Under the pieces are notes generated by a model. That model searched no databases. It had not been told where the DNA came from and worked only from the letters and a program-made list of their open reading frames with translations. From an uncultured archaeon (GTDB lineage: Archaea > Asgardarchaeota > Lokiarchaeia > Sigyniarchaeales > SOKP01), in contig CAZALK010000001.1 of NCBI GenBank assembly GCA_964486045.1, positions 712,242-776,241 of the forward strand: a DNA stretch of 64,000 bases. Direction: 5' to 3'. Position 1 is the stretch's first letter. Each line of letters opens with the position of its first letter. The position numbers and the translations under genes were made by a program. This document shows, one piece after another, positions 1-10,178 of this stretch.

Positions 1-1
1 C

Positions 2-157
2 CAGCTATTACAATCGGGGAAAAATTTAATTGGAACTCTTAGGAATAGGAAAGATTCAGCTCATGGTAATCTCCTTGATGTAGAAAATTGGGAAGCTAGA
101 CTAAGTTATAGTTATACTATTTTATTATTGAAGACATTAGAGCTAATTAAGAGTTAA
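2..157 (+). CDS. 3' end of a probable Abi_C/HEPN-like protein (truncated by window edge)
   Basis: Open frame ...GKNLIGTLRNRKDSAHGNLLDVENWEARLSYSYTILLLKTLELIKS*. LRNxxxxAHG resembles the abortive-infection C-terminal HEPN motif. Confidence 0.55.
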   Translation, partial: QLLQSGKNLIGTLRNRKDSAHGNLLDVENWEARLSYSYTILLLKTLELIKS

Positions 158-562
158 TAAAAAAATGTAAAATTTCACAGTAAATTAAAAAAAATGCCTA
201 AAATATATTTATCAATTTCTTTACTTTAAAACCTTCAATAATAATCATAGTTATTTTTTTTTCAATTCATATTAATATAATTAAATACCTCCAGCCTTTT
301 CTGAAGTTTTAATAATAAATATAAAGCGTTAGCAATCTCTGAAAGAATTGATTTTTCTTTTAAAGGTGAAAAAGTAATTTGCAGTTTATTATTTCAAAGA
401 TTGAAAAAACCATCACAGATTAATAAAACATTTTGAGAATATGAGTTTAAAAGCTATAAATTTAATTTTCTGGAATATCTTCAAGGTAATTAATTTAATA
501 ATTTTAAAAGTAGAGTCAAAAATTGAGAAATACCTTACCATTTCCAAATAAATATCAAAGAT

Positions 563-1312
563 TTAAGCTGATTTTTGAAAGTGTGATAAATATTTTTCTA
601 CATCTGGATATCTAGTCACAATATTTTCATCAATCAAATATATGAACTCAGCTACATCTAGCATACAGTCCTCTACTGTTTCAATATTAATTAGATCATA
701 TTCTAAAAAGATTGCACCTGTTATCCCATGAGCAGTACGATGTCTTATGCTCATATAGCTTGTCTTATGTCTAGAATAAATTTTTGACCAGAGAACATTA
801 TTTATTCCAGCCAAACATATATTTAACATCTTAAACGCATTTTTTAAATTATCTTTACTTTGAAGATTAAATCTTTCTGGTAAGAGAGAAAATAATCGTT
901 TTTTACCCAAGCGTTTATAATTTTTCCTAGTTTTCTTAATCTTTCTATTAAACCTTTTTAAAAATTTCTTGAATTTATCATATGCAATATTATCAATCAA
1001 AGTTAGTTTTGATAAATGTCGAAAAAGTTTTGTCAAATAGATTTCTAATGAAGTAATAGTCAATAATATAGCTATTTGGGTGAAGGAGTAATATCTAAAT
1101 CTCTGATTATTTTTCTTCGCATCTAAAATGATAGAATATATTAATAAAACACGATTAAAATGAACAATATTTTCGCTAAACGCGACTGAGTGAGTTTTAA
1201 AAATAGTAGGGTAGCTATATTTAAGGGAATTTTGGTTAATTTCTTCTACCTCTGCCTCAACTATATTATATTGAGATAACTCCTTTTTTAATTCTACTAA
1301 ATTACCAATCAT
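563..1312 (-). CDS. HEPN-domain protein (putative RNase toxin)
   Basis: 249-aa ORF with an N-terminal helix containing LEIYL and a C-terminal RHRTAH (RxxxxH) HEPN motif. Confidence 0.6.
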   Translation of the reverse strand: MIGNLVELKKELSQYNIVEAEVEEINQNSLKYSYPTIFKTHSVAFSENIVHFNRVLLIYSIILDAKKNNQRFRYYSFTQIAILLTITSLEIYLTKLFRHLSKLTLIDNIAYDKFKKFLKRFNRKIKKTRKNYKRLGKKRLFSLLPERFNLQSKDNLKNAFKMLNICLAGINNVLWSKIYSRHKTSYMSIRHRTAHGITGAIFLEYDLINIETVEDCMLDVAEFIYLIDENIVTRYPDVEKYLSHFQKSA

Positions 1313-1534
1313 GATTTTGAATATTTGGAAATTACATTATTCTAATTAGAAATTATAAAAGAACCCTTTCTATCAATTAAAGATAGAACCATTTATTAAA
1401 TATCTTAAAGATCTTTTTTAAAAAAAGATGATTTTAATTGAATCCTTAAAAGATTCATTATTAATTGTGATTTAATTTTATTAATATAAAAAAGTATGTG
1501 AAATAATGATGAAAATGTCAAAAAAGAGGAGAAG

Positions 1535-2452
1535 ATGTATTCAATGAGTGATTTAAGATCAAAAATAAAAGGAATATCCATTTCAGATTTGATTGGAAAA
1601 AATAAAGAAGTAAAAGGTAAATTTAAGGAATGGTTTTTCAAACCGCCATTTAGTAAGAGTAAGTTATCAATGATTCATCCCCTAATTACGGATAAAGCTC
1701 CACTCTTAGGAACTGCTTTCGATTATCTACTCCGTTTTATATTACAATATTCAAATTCTAAGGTGAAAACCATGGTTTGGGCTGCAGAAAAGACCTTATT
1801 AGACTCTAGGGTTAGAAAAATCATTAAACGCTTCAATCCAGAAGCTAATGAACAATTAATAGAATCTTGGCTAAAAGAAGGTAAAACATTATTAACAATT
1901 GCAAAGGAAAACCATTCAAAATTCCTGAAGGATGGGGAAATTACAGGAGATTTGTTGAGATCTTGCCTTCATCTGGCGAAATTGGATGTACTTCATAGAA
2001 GAGGAATTATAGTTAGATTTGATGATATCAATGCTGGAGATATTAAAGATTTACGCTCCTTAATCAGTAATATTCGGATGGAGCAATTCCATGTAGATGA
2101 CGTGTGTTTATTAAGTCCTACTTTCAGCAACGCGACTAAAATCTCTGGCATTGACGGTGAAGCAGATCTTGTATTGGATGATACCTTGATTGATATAAAG
2201 ACCTATACTAGTCCAAAATTTGAACGGAGGTTTTTTGATCAATTAATGGGATATTATCTTCTTTCGAAGATCGGAGGGATTGATGGAGCCCCCGAAAATC
2301 ATGAAATCAATAAGATAGGCATATACTTCTCTCGGCATGAATACCTGCATGTAATAAATGTAAAAGATGTTTTTAATCAATCTGATTTAAGCTCAATTCT
2401 AGGTTGGTTTATTGCCAAAGGAAATGAGATTTCTGGATTGAAAGTAAGTTGA
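1535..2452 (+). CDS. PD-(D/E)XK nuclease-superfamily protein
   Basis: GEADLVLDDTLIDIKT followed by DQLMGY (QxxxY), typical of RecB-like nuclease domains. Confidence 0.6.
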   Translation: MYSMSDLRSKIKGISISDLIGKNKEVKGKFKEWFFKPPFSKSKLSMIHPLITDKAPLLGTAFDYLLRFILQYSNSKVKTMVWAAEKTLLDSRVRKIIKRFNPEANEQLIESWLKEGKTLLTIAKENHSKFLKDGEITGDLLRSCLHLAKLDVLHRRGIIVRFDDINAGDIKDLRSLISNIRMEQFHVDDVCLLSPTFSNATKISGIDGEADLVLDDTLIDIKTYTSPKFERRFFDQLMGYYLLSKIGGIDGAPENHEINKIGIYFSRHEYLHVINVKDVFNQSDLSSILGWFIAKGNEISGLKVS

Positions 2453-3078
2453 AACGGTTACAATATCAAAAGTTGATAGAAATTTTGATAGAGTAATCGG
2501 ATCGGACAAGTTTATTGAATGTGATACATTATTGTTATCGGTAGGATTAATACCTGAAAATGAATTGACTAGAGAAGCAGGAGCGAAAATCTCCAAAATG
2601 GGAGGCCCCGTTGTAGACAACAATTTAGAAACCACATTAGAAGGAATCTTTGCTTGTGGCAACGTACTACAAGTTCATGACTTAGTTGACCTTGTTACGG
2701 CCGAAGCAAAGCGAGCGGGATTAAATGCAATTGACTATTTAACTAATAGATATAGAAAAAAAACAGAAAAGAGATATTATAATTAAGTGCAAATCTGGAG
2801 AAAATGTTAATTATGTTAAGCCTGATCTAATAAAAAAATCTGATTTATCAAAAGGCATTATATTCCATTTTCGGGTCAAACAACCAGATAGAAGAATTCT
2901 AATCCAATTTAAAGATAATAATAACAAGATCGTTTATGAGCGAAAAAGAAGATATGTAATACCTAGTGAAATGATTGAGTTAAGAATAAATTTAAGTGAA
3001 TACCAAATAGATCCCAATTGTAAAAGTTTAAAAGTTGAAGTAATTCCTCGTCCAGAGGTTATGATTGAAGAAGACTAA
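2448..3078 (+). pseudogene. 3' fragment of an NAD(P)/FAD-dependent oxidoreductase, frameshifted
   Basis: VETVTISKVD...ECDTLLLSVGLIPENEL...GIFACGNVLQVHDLVD. The frame shifts near the A8 run at 2756-2763 and continues ...ENVNYVKP...VIPSEM...EED*. There is no start codon or N-terminal half. It lies upstream of DUF1667, its usual neighbour. Confidence 0.8.
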
Positions 3079-3094
3079 ATTAAAGGTAACTAAA

Positions 3095-3478
3095 ATGTCA
3101 GAATCAAAGGTTCCAGAAGGAAGTAAAGAAATACGTTGTATTGTGTGCCCCACCGGCTGCTTCGTCCACGTTGAGAATATTTCAGGAGAACTTGTAATTG
3201 AAGGGCATTCGTGTAAAAGGGGGGAAGTATATGCTCGAGAAGAATTTATATCACCAAAACGAATTCTTACTACTACTATGAGAGTTGAAAATGGATTCTT
3301 ACCATTAATTCCTGTAAGATCTGATAAACCTATACCAAAAGAAAGACTCGGAGAAGCTTTAAAACAGATTGCATTCACTAAAATTAAAGCCCCAATTAAA
3401 ATGGGTGATGTTTTACTTAAAGATATATTAGGATTAGAGGTTAATGTCATCGCCAGTAGAGATTTAATTAAGGCTTAG
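3095..3478 (+). CDS. DUF1667-domain (Cys-rich) protein
   Basis: CIVCPTGC, CKRG..YA..E...PKRILTTT, PVRSDKPIP, APIKMGDV. The ATG at 3095 is preferred over the TTG at 3065. Confidence 0.85.
   Translation: MSESKVPEGSKEIRCIVCPTGCFVHVENISGELVIEGHSCKRGEVYAREEFISPKRILTTTMRVENGFLPLIPVRSDKPIPKERLGEALKQIAFTKIKAPIKMGDVLLKDILGLEVNVIASRDLIKA
3234..3478 (+). repeat. Copy 1 of a ~245-bp diverged direct repeat (partner 5530-5774)
   Basis: Colinear match at a constant offset of 2296 nt, starting agaagaatttatatcacc. Confidence 0.95.
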
Positions 3479-3610
3479 TAATTTTTTTCTACTTTTAGCT
3501 AAATTTTGTATTATTAGACAAGTTAATAAACAAAGAATTGATAATTTAAATTCAAGAAATCAAATTTCATACTTGGATTTCTTCAATAAATATTATTTAG
3601 GTGAATAAGA

Positions 3611-3910
3611 ATAACAAGAACCACTCGAGAATGGTTATTATCTTGGGTATTAGTAGGGATTGCATTTATTACTATGCTGATCCTTATACCTTTTTTTGGT
3701 CCCCAAGCTGGTTCAAATCCAATTGCAGTCATAATTTTAATTACTATAATTATAATTTCAGTTTGTTTATTAAGTATGAACAGATATATTTCCAGTTATT
3801 TTAAATCAAAAATTCAAGATAAGAAGCAAGTAGTTTTAATTTGTCCCAGATGTAATATTCTAGTGAAAAAAGATCCAGGTATTTGCCCCGAATGTGGCAA
3901 TAAATTATAA
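3611..3910 (+). CDS. Small membrane protein with C-terminal zinc ribbon
   Basis: Hydrophobic segments plus CPRC/CPEC. The frame is open upstream of ATG 3674 to an ATA 6 nt after AGGTGA, so the start is uncertain. Confidence 0.7.
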   Translation: MTRTTREWLLSWVLVGIAFITMLILIPFFGPQAGSNPIAVIILITIIIISVCLLSMNRYISSYFKSKIQDKKQVVLICPRCNILVKKDPGICPECGNKL

Positions 3911-4179
3911 AATGAAAAATTCTCCTCTTTTCCCTATTTATTAATATTTTCATCTTTTATTCAAAATTAATGTTAAATGAAACTTTAATGATAAGATTCA
4001 AGTTCTAATTCTTTTACAGATAGAGCATTTTAGATCCAATTATTAATTATATCGTTAAGGAAATTGTATGAGACAATATTAGTAAGAGGAGATAACTTTA
4101 AATATACTCTTTACTAAATAATAAACAATCAAAGGATAGAACTTATATTATTAGAAAAAATTGAGGTGTAAATCTTAAA

Positions 4180-4725
4180 TTGGCAGAAATTTACGTACCT
4201 ATTGATTGTTCCAGCATTAGAAAAGTGATTCCCCAAGGAGAAGATATTCTTTATAGTACAATGTGCAAAATGATAGTTAACAAAGGTTCGGAAGGTATTT
4301 ATCTTATCAATTTAACAACCTGGATTACACATGTTTTAATGACTAAAAGTGGTTTTGCAATGAATATACACCAAAAATATCAAGTGACAGAAAGAAAATT
4401 CATTCCCTGGTATGAGATTAAATACCTTAATCCTGTAGGAATTTACTGGGGATTAAGATCAAAACGTCTCGAATTTATTAGAGATCCGAATTTTGAAACC
4501 AAAAATGGTTTTAAAAATCGTAAATGGGAGTTTCCATTGAAATTTATACCAATTGCCATTGAAAGCAGGAAAAATCGAATCGCTGAAATGGAAGCTAATC
4601 CAACCAAATTTAAATCCAGGTTTATTAGAAAAATGAAGAGAAGGATTTATGGTTTAGATATTGAGCTAGATAAATATAGGAAAAAAGCCAATAGAAAAAT
4701 GACAAAGATGGATAAGAATAAGTAG
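4180..4725 (+). CDS. Hypothetical protein
   Basis: 181-aa ORF with a GAGGTG SD-like motif upstream. Confidence 0.7.
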   Translation: MAEIYVPIDCSSIRKVIPQGEDILYSTMCKMIVNKGSEGIYLINLTTWITHVLMTKSGFAMNIHQKYQVTERKFIPWYEIKYLNPVGIYWGLRSKRLEFIRDPNFETKNGFKNRKWEFPLKFIPIAIESRKNRIAEMEANPTKFKSRFIRKMKRRIYGLDIELDKYRKKANRKMTKMDKNK

Positions 4726-4929
4726 TTAATTTTAGTCATCATAAGCTTCTTTTTTAAAATTTTATATAAGATAAAAATTAGTAATAATTTATTTCGCACA
4801 CTATTAGTAAAAAATTTCTGGTTCAATTTTTTCTTTGGATGTCTTGAAAAATCCATAGAAGTCGATATCCGTAAAAAGGTTATCAGTAGGTCTCACTGAC
4901 ATTAACTATTCTAATTTTCTCTCATTGTT

Positions 4930-5355
4930 TCATAAAACCTCAGATCGAAGTTTAATTGGTATTGTAAGCGCATGACCAATATCAGTATATAATTTAGCAG
5001 ATAGTGTAAAAACACCGGATTCCTTAGGTAATATTGTAACAGGAGCTCTTACGGTACTATTTGCCCCGATGGCCTGAAAATTTAATAAATTTGTTAATAA
5101 TTCAACTTGGGGTGGTCCAGAGAGTTTAACCTTAACATCGGGTATAGAATTTAAGCTATTATTTTTAACTTTCAGAAAGAATTTTTTGACTGTGTTAGGG
5201 TATACGAATAGAACTTCAATATCTTCTTCAAGGGAGATTTCAAAGTCTGATTCTGATATGGGACCTGTGAATTTTGGTTTTTGTAAGTTTTTTCCACATT
5301 TAAGACAAAAATCTGCTCCTTCAGATACGTTTGAACCACATTTAGGGCAAAACAT
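4930..5355 (-). CDS. Zinc-ribbon plus Ig-like (CARDB-type) domain protein
   Basis: N-terminal FCPKCG...FCLKCG followed by a beta-rich domain (LKVKNNS...VKVKLSGP...PKESGVFTL). Confidence 0.75.
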   Translation of the reverse strand: MFCPKCGSNVSEGADFCLKCGKNLQKPKFTGPISESDFEISLEEDIEVLFVYPNTVKKFFLKVKNNSLNSIPDVKVKLSGPPQVELLTNLLNFQAIGANSTVRAPVTILPKESGVFTLSAKLYTDIGHALTIPIKLRSEVL

Positions 5356-5529
5356 TTTAAATTATGATTTTTTAATTGACCTTCATTTAATTAGGAATTA
5401 CAGATTAAAGTAAGTAACTTTTTCTTTTTAATCTACTTGAAAAATAATATAATTATAAAATTAGTATCACTTCAATTTTTAAGTTTTATACTAATTTTAA
5501 ATGCTTAAATATTATGAGATTATTTTACA

Positions 5530-5774
5530 CTCTAGAAGAATTTATATCACCCAAACGAATTCTTACCACTACTATGAGAGTTGAAAATGGTTTCTTACCA
5601 TTAATTCCTGTGAGATCTGATAGACCTATTCCAAAAGAAAGACTCCTAGAGGCTTTAAAACAGATTGCATTCACTAAAATAAAAGCTCCAATTAAAATGG
5701 GTGATATTCTACTTAAAGATTTATTAGGATTAGAGGTTGATATCATCGCCAGTCGAGATTTAATTAAGGTTTAA
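5530..5774 (+). pseudogene. Duplicated 3' part of the DUF1667 gene
   Basis: Near-identical to 3234-3478 but lacks the CxxC and CKRG ligands. Confidence 0.85.
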
Positions 5775-5895
5775 CTAATTATTGTTTTCTCCCGGTTCTT
5801 TCTTATCACTTTTTTGAAAATCATAAAAAATTTTAAACAACAAGCAACTAATTACTTTAGCTGTTAATCAAAAATTGAAACTAAAAAAAAATGTG

Positions 5896-6993
5896 TTAAA
5901 AATGGCTCAAGATCAAACGAATAAAGAAATAACCATTGCAGAACAAACAAAAAAATTCCTTGTTAAAAGTATGTATGGATTCCAAACTATCCTTACCTAT
6001 GGTTTAGGACAACGGTTAGGTATTTATGAATATCTATATGAAAAAGGTAAGAAAAGTGAAAAAAAAATGACTTTTGTGTCATTTAATCTTGAAGAACTCT
6101 CTGAAAACTTAAATCTCGATTTAACATATTTAGATGCATGGCTTCACCTATCAATTGCATGTGGTATATTCGAAATTGATGAAACTTGTGAAAGGTGTGC
6201 TAAAACAGCTCCATATGTATACGATTTATTAATTGATCATGAAAATATGTTTTATATAGGGCAGATGATGGCAGGATTTTATGTTATGGCTACTAACCAA
6301 GACCTCTTTATTAACGGCATCAAAACTGGCAAAATCTACAACATTCTAGACGTACCTGGGGGAGAATATAAGGGAGCCCAATTAATGAGTGCAAGATTTG
6401 GCAGCTTAGTGGAAAGATTATTCGCAAAATATTGTAAAGAAGATAGAAAAAAAATCTTAAAAGAGACCGCGAAAATAATTGAAATTGGGTGTGGGTATGG
6501 TTATAATCTCGTAGGTTGGATGAAAAGATATAAAAAAGCAAAATTTGTTGGAATTGATATTGATCCAGATGGGATTAAACATGCGAAACAACTAACAGAG
6601 GGAAATAACTGGAATGATAGAGTAGAGTTATATCATATCCCCCTGGAAGATTATATAACTAAGACAGATAATAAATTTGATATAGTTATCCTCAATATGG
6701 TTTTGCATGAGATGAACCCCGATGATAAATATAGGTTGAGTGTTTTAGAGAATATCTATGGATTATTAAAGGACGATGGTTTACTGATTATTGGAGATAC
6801 GATGATTCCTGATACATTCAATCCAAATACTAAATTTCAACTATTTGATGTAATGCATAAAATGTTGGAAGTAGCAATTGGATCTAAATTTTATAATGAA
6901 AAAACTTTCAAAGATCTTGTTGATTCCAGTTCATTTAGTCAAGTTGAATTAATAAAAGAAGGTGCTAATTATTTCTGGGCTATAAGGAAATAA
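5896..6993 (+). CDS. Class I SAM-dependent methyltransferase with N-terminal winged helix
   Basis: EIGCGYG, GIDID, FDIVILNMVLHE. The ATG at 5896 is preferred over TTG 5875. Confidence 0.85.
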   Translation, partial: LKMAQDQTNKEITIAEQTKKFLVKSMYGFQTILTYGLGQRLGIYEYLYEKGKKSEKKMTFVSFNLEELSENLNLDLTYLDAWLHLSIACGIFEIDETCERCAKTAPYVYDLLIDHENMFYIGQMMAGFYVMATNQDLFINGIKTGKIYNILDVPGGEYKGAQLMSARFGSLVERLFAKYCKEDRKKILKETAKIIEIGCGYGYNLVGWMKRYKKAKFVGIDIDPDGIKHAKQLTEGNNWNDRVELYHIPLEDYITKTDNKFDIVILNMVLHEMNPDDKYRLSVLENIYGLLKDDGLLIIGDTMIPDTFNPNTKFQLFDVMHKMLEVAIGSKFYNEKTFKDLVDSSSFSQVELIKEGANYFWAIRK

Positions 6994-7201
6994 AAGAGTT
7001 TCTAACTCCTCCAGGCTATAGAAATTCGGGAATCCATTCTCGATTTCCTCAAAGAAATTGAGGAAAATAGAAGAAAATATTAAAAATTGTAAACCCTCAA
7101 TTAGACTCCTTTAAATAGCTTACTTGAGTTCTAAAGATTTGCTTAAATATATAAAGTAATACTTTGATTAATTAATAAATTAATTTTGAGGAGAATTTTA
7201 C

Positions 7202-7558
7202 TTGTCAGAATTTGAACAAAAAGTTATAAAATTACTAGGAGACATAAATGGAAAACTTGATTCCCTATTAAAAGGAGACTCTGGAACCGCCACTGTGGCT
7301 TCATACACTTCACCCGCACCGAGTTCTGCTACTACTCCCGGTCAGAGTAGACCCAAACCTTCTGAACTAGTTGAAAGGCAAAAAGAGGAAGAAAAAATGA
7401 TTGAGAAACCTCCGGTTGAAGGACGGAGGGTTTGTCCAAAATGTGGGGGTAAAACCTTTAATGCAATTGAAGATAAATCCCAGGTTTTGCATCAAATGGG
7501 TGGGGTTAAGATTTACGCCAAAAAATATATATGTAAAGGCTGTGGGACTGAAGTCTAA
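7202..7558 (+). CDS. Small protein with C-terminal Zn ribbon (same module as the gelsolin C-terminus)
   Basis: EGRRVCPKCG...DKSQVL...IYAKKYICKGC. GAGGAG SD upstream. Confidence 0.75.
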   Translation: MSEFEQKVIKLLGDINGKLDSLLKGDSGTATVASYTSPAPSSATTPGQSRPKPSELVERQKEEEKMIEKPPVEGRRVCPKCGGKTFNAIEDKSQVLHQMGGVKIYAKKYICKGCGTEV

Positions 7559-7762
7559 TATATCTTACGTCAACAAAACCGCTTCATTTCCTCTTTTGAG
7601 TTCTCTACTGCTGGGAAATTTATAGTTTTTTTTTATTTTTTATCTCTTCCCTAAATATATCTATCTTTTAGAACTTTTTAGTTAGATTTTTAATTTGAAT
7701 TAGCTTAAAATCTTTAATAGAAATATAATTCAGAGTTAATGGTGTTCAAATAAATTCCACAA

Positions 7763-8839
7763 TTGAGAGTAAAACAGTTGTTTCAATATGTAAAAAATTT
7801 CCTATTAAATAATTTCTCAAATATCAAGGTCCCTTATTCGGCACAAATTGAATTAACACTTCGCTGTAATGGAAAATGCCCTTTTTGCTCTATTCATTCT
7901 TTACCTTCTTCAATTACAAGTAAAGATATGACAACAAAACAAATTAAAAATTTAATCGATCAAATTGCTGATCTCGGTGTTCTGGCATTATCATTCACAG
8001 GTGGTGAACCTACTTTAAGAAAAGATCTTCCAGAACTCATATATCACACCGGAGTGATACATAATTTTATGAATGGAATGGCCTCTAATGGGTATTTGTT
8101 ACCGAAACTGCTAAGAGAAGATAGACTAGAAGGCTTGGATTATATATTACTTTCCCTAGATTATCCTAACGCAAAACTACATGATAAATGGAGAGGAATT
8201 AAAACATTTAACAAAGTAATAGAATCAATAAAGCTTGCATATAGAAATGATATAAAACCGATCATAAGTACGGTGGTTATGAAAGACAACATTCGCTTTT
8301 TAGGGGAGATGTGTGAATTGGCAGAAAAATTAAATGCATCCATTGAAATCTACCCATGCGAAGATATAATTAGAAACTTTTCTGAAAAAAGCTATCAGGT
8401 TGACAATATCAATGAATTAATACCAGATATCTCTTTATGGGCTAATATAATTCGATCTTTAAGAAAACAATTCAAGAATATTTTAACAGATTCAATTAGC
8501 ATAGAAGTGGTTGAAAAAGGTGGATTTGGGGGATCTCCTTCATACCACCAGAAAATTTTACGTTGTCATGTTGCTGAATCTTATTTATTTATAAGTCATG
8601 ATGGATTAATTCATTACCCTTGTAAAATCCATCCTCTTAAGAGTTTTAGCATTTTAAAACACCCTATATCTACCATCTATAAATCAACGGAAGTAGGAGA
8701 GATAATGAAAAACTATGATAATTATGATTTTTGTGATAATTGTCGTTTGGGTTGTGCTATAGCATCTTCAATCCCAACTCGTTGGAAAACAGTCTATACT
8801 AAATACATAAAAGGATTTTTGGACGGTAATTTGCGGTAA
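7763..8839 (+). CDS. Radical SAM protein with SPASM/twitch-like C-terminus
   Basis: CNGKCPFC, FTGGEP, and C-terminal CDNCRLGC. Confidence 0.9.
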   Translation: MRVKQLFQYVKNFLLNNFSNIKVPYSAQIELTLRCNGKCPFCSIHSLPSSITSKDMTTKQIKNLIDQIADLGVLALSFTGGEPTLRKDLPELIYHTGVIHNFMNGMASNGYLLPKLLREDRLEGLDYILLSLDYPNAKLHDKWRGIKTFNKVIESIKLAYRNDIKPIISTVVMKDNIRFLGEMCELAEKLNASIEIYPCEDIIRNFSEKSYQVDNINELIPDISLWANIIRSLRKQFKNILTDSISIEVVEKGGFGGSPSYHQKILRCHVAESYLFISHDGLIHYPCKIHPLKSFSILKHPISTIYKSTEVGEIMKNYDNYDFCDNCRLGCAIASSIPTRWKTVYTKYIKGFLDGNLR

Positions 8840-8948
8840 TACAAAATATATAAGATAAATCTCAAAAGTTCTCATTCCGTTTTAATAATAGATTCGATAT
8901 CAAAAAATTTAATTAAAATTATGATTTTCATAATTTAGTGATGCTATT

Positions 8949-9596
8949 ATGTCAAATGTGGAAATAATTCTTCAAATTATAGGAATAACCATTGGTATGA
9001 TAATTTTAGGTATGGTCTTAAATAAGATATTAGGTTTATCAAAAGTAAAAATTACAGAATTTAGGGAAAAGGCTTCAAATATTCAAGAACGTATGAGAAA
9101 TGCTCAAGTTGTTGGTGATATACGAATGCTAACACAATTACAACGAGAAACAATGCAGTTTACCAAACAAATTATGTTAAAACAATTTGTCCCGTTATGC
9201 GTAAGGTGTGTTATCTTTCTTGGAATCTTCGGTATATTAGGATTTATTTATGCTAACTATAGCGTTGGACTTTTACCGATAAATATTCTATTTTTTGGAA
9301 GTGGATGGGTTGCAGTGTATTTTATTTTTTCTATTAGTTTCTCACTAATCATTTATGGAATGAAAAGGCTTTATAAAAAAATGACAGGGAAGGAAACATC
9401 AAAAAAGGGTAATTTAAGAGAGATGATGGAAATGATCTCTCTTAACCAAAAAAGTTCTGGAATTTCATTTGAAGTTTCTGGAACAGCTTCTTCAAGTCCA
9501 TCTAGAATTACCACTATGAATACTAATCTAACGTCTATTTCAGAAGATGGACTTAGTGAAAAATCTGATACTTGGAAAGATCGGATAGAAAAATAA
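8949..9596 (+). CDS. DUF106 / EMC3-TMCO1 family membrane protein (Oxa1 superfamily)
   Basis: TM helix, Q/M-rich coiled coil, further TMs ending GWVAVYFIFS. Confidence 0.7.
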   Translation: MSNVEIILQIIGITIGMIILGMVLNKILGLSKVKITEFREKASNIQERMRNAQVVGDIRMLTQLQRETMQFTKQIMLKQFVPLCVRCVIFLGIFGILGFIYANYSVGLLPINILFFGSGWVAVYFIFSISFSLIIYGMKRLYKKMTGKETSKKGNLREMMEMISLNQKSSGISFEVSGTASSSPSRITTMNTNLTSISEDGLSEKSDTWKDRIEK

Positions 9597-9657
9597 TACT
9601 AAAACTTATCTGTTTTTTACTGTTTTCTTGTTTTACTAATATAGAAGGTGAATAATA

Positions 9658-10143
9658 ATAGCAGAAGAAAATAACACTAAGAGACAGATGACTCTCTACT
9701 TTATATTTGCAGCTGTAATGATTGGCTTGAATTATTTAATTCAAAAACTAAATGAATTAGTTGTTACACCATTTATATGCCAAAATCATGGTGAAAATGA
9801 TTTTTTCCATATATTATACTGCTCAACCAATCCTTTTAATATGCCAGAGTTAATAGGATCTATTGTTGCTGTTGGGATTACCTATATTATAAAGTTTTTT
9901 CTAGATAAATATATTGTTTTTAAAAAGAAGGGAACAAAGTTGAAAGAAACTTCGTTAGAATTTATTAAATACTTCGGATTTGCCATATTGACCACAATAG
10001 AGAATATTGGAATTCAGTTCATATTTACAAATTATTTAAATACCCCGTTGGAACTAAGCTTAGTAGTCGCCTTATCTATTGGATATTTGACAAAATTCTT
10101 CATAGATAAAAAATTTGTTTTTATATTTGAGATTAGAGAATAA
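9658..10143 (+). CDS. GtrA-family membrane protein
   Basis: Four TMs with repeated KFFLDKYIVF / KFFIDKKFVF. The start is either ATG 9688 or an SD-spaced ATA at 9658. Confidence 0.75.
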   Translation: MAEENNTKRQMTLYFIFAAVMIGLNYLIQKLNELVVTPFICQNHGENDFFHILYCSTNPFNMPELIGSIVAVGITYIIKFFLDKYIVFKKKGTKLKETSLEFIKYFGFAILTTIENIGIQFIFTNYLNTPLELSLVVALSIGYLTKFFIDKKFVFIFEIRE

Positions 10144-10178
10144 AAAAATTTAATAGATCGAATAGTGATTTAAAATAT

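Noticed and set aside
2750-2790. Programmed frameshift or intron in the oxidoreductase fragment
   Set aside because: The gene lacks its 5' half and the site is a plain A8 run with no hairpin.
7100-7111. AATTAGACTCCT also present at 55561-55572 (possible MITE end)
   Set aside because: Only a 12-bp match in AT-rich DNA, with no terminal inverted repeats or target duplication seen.
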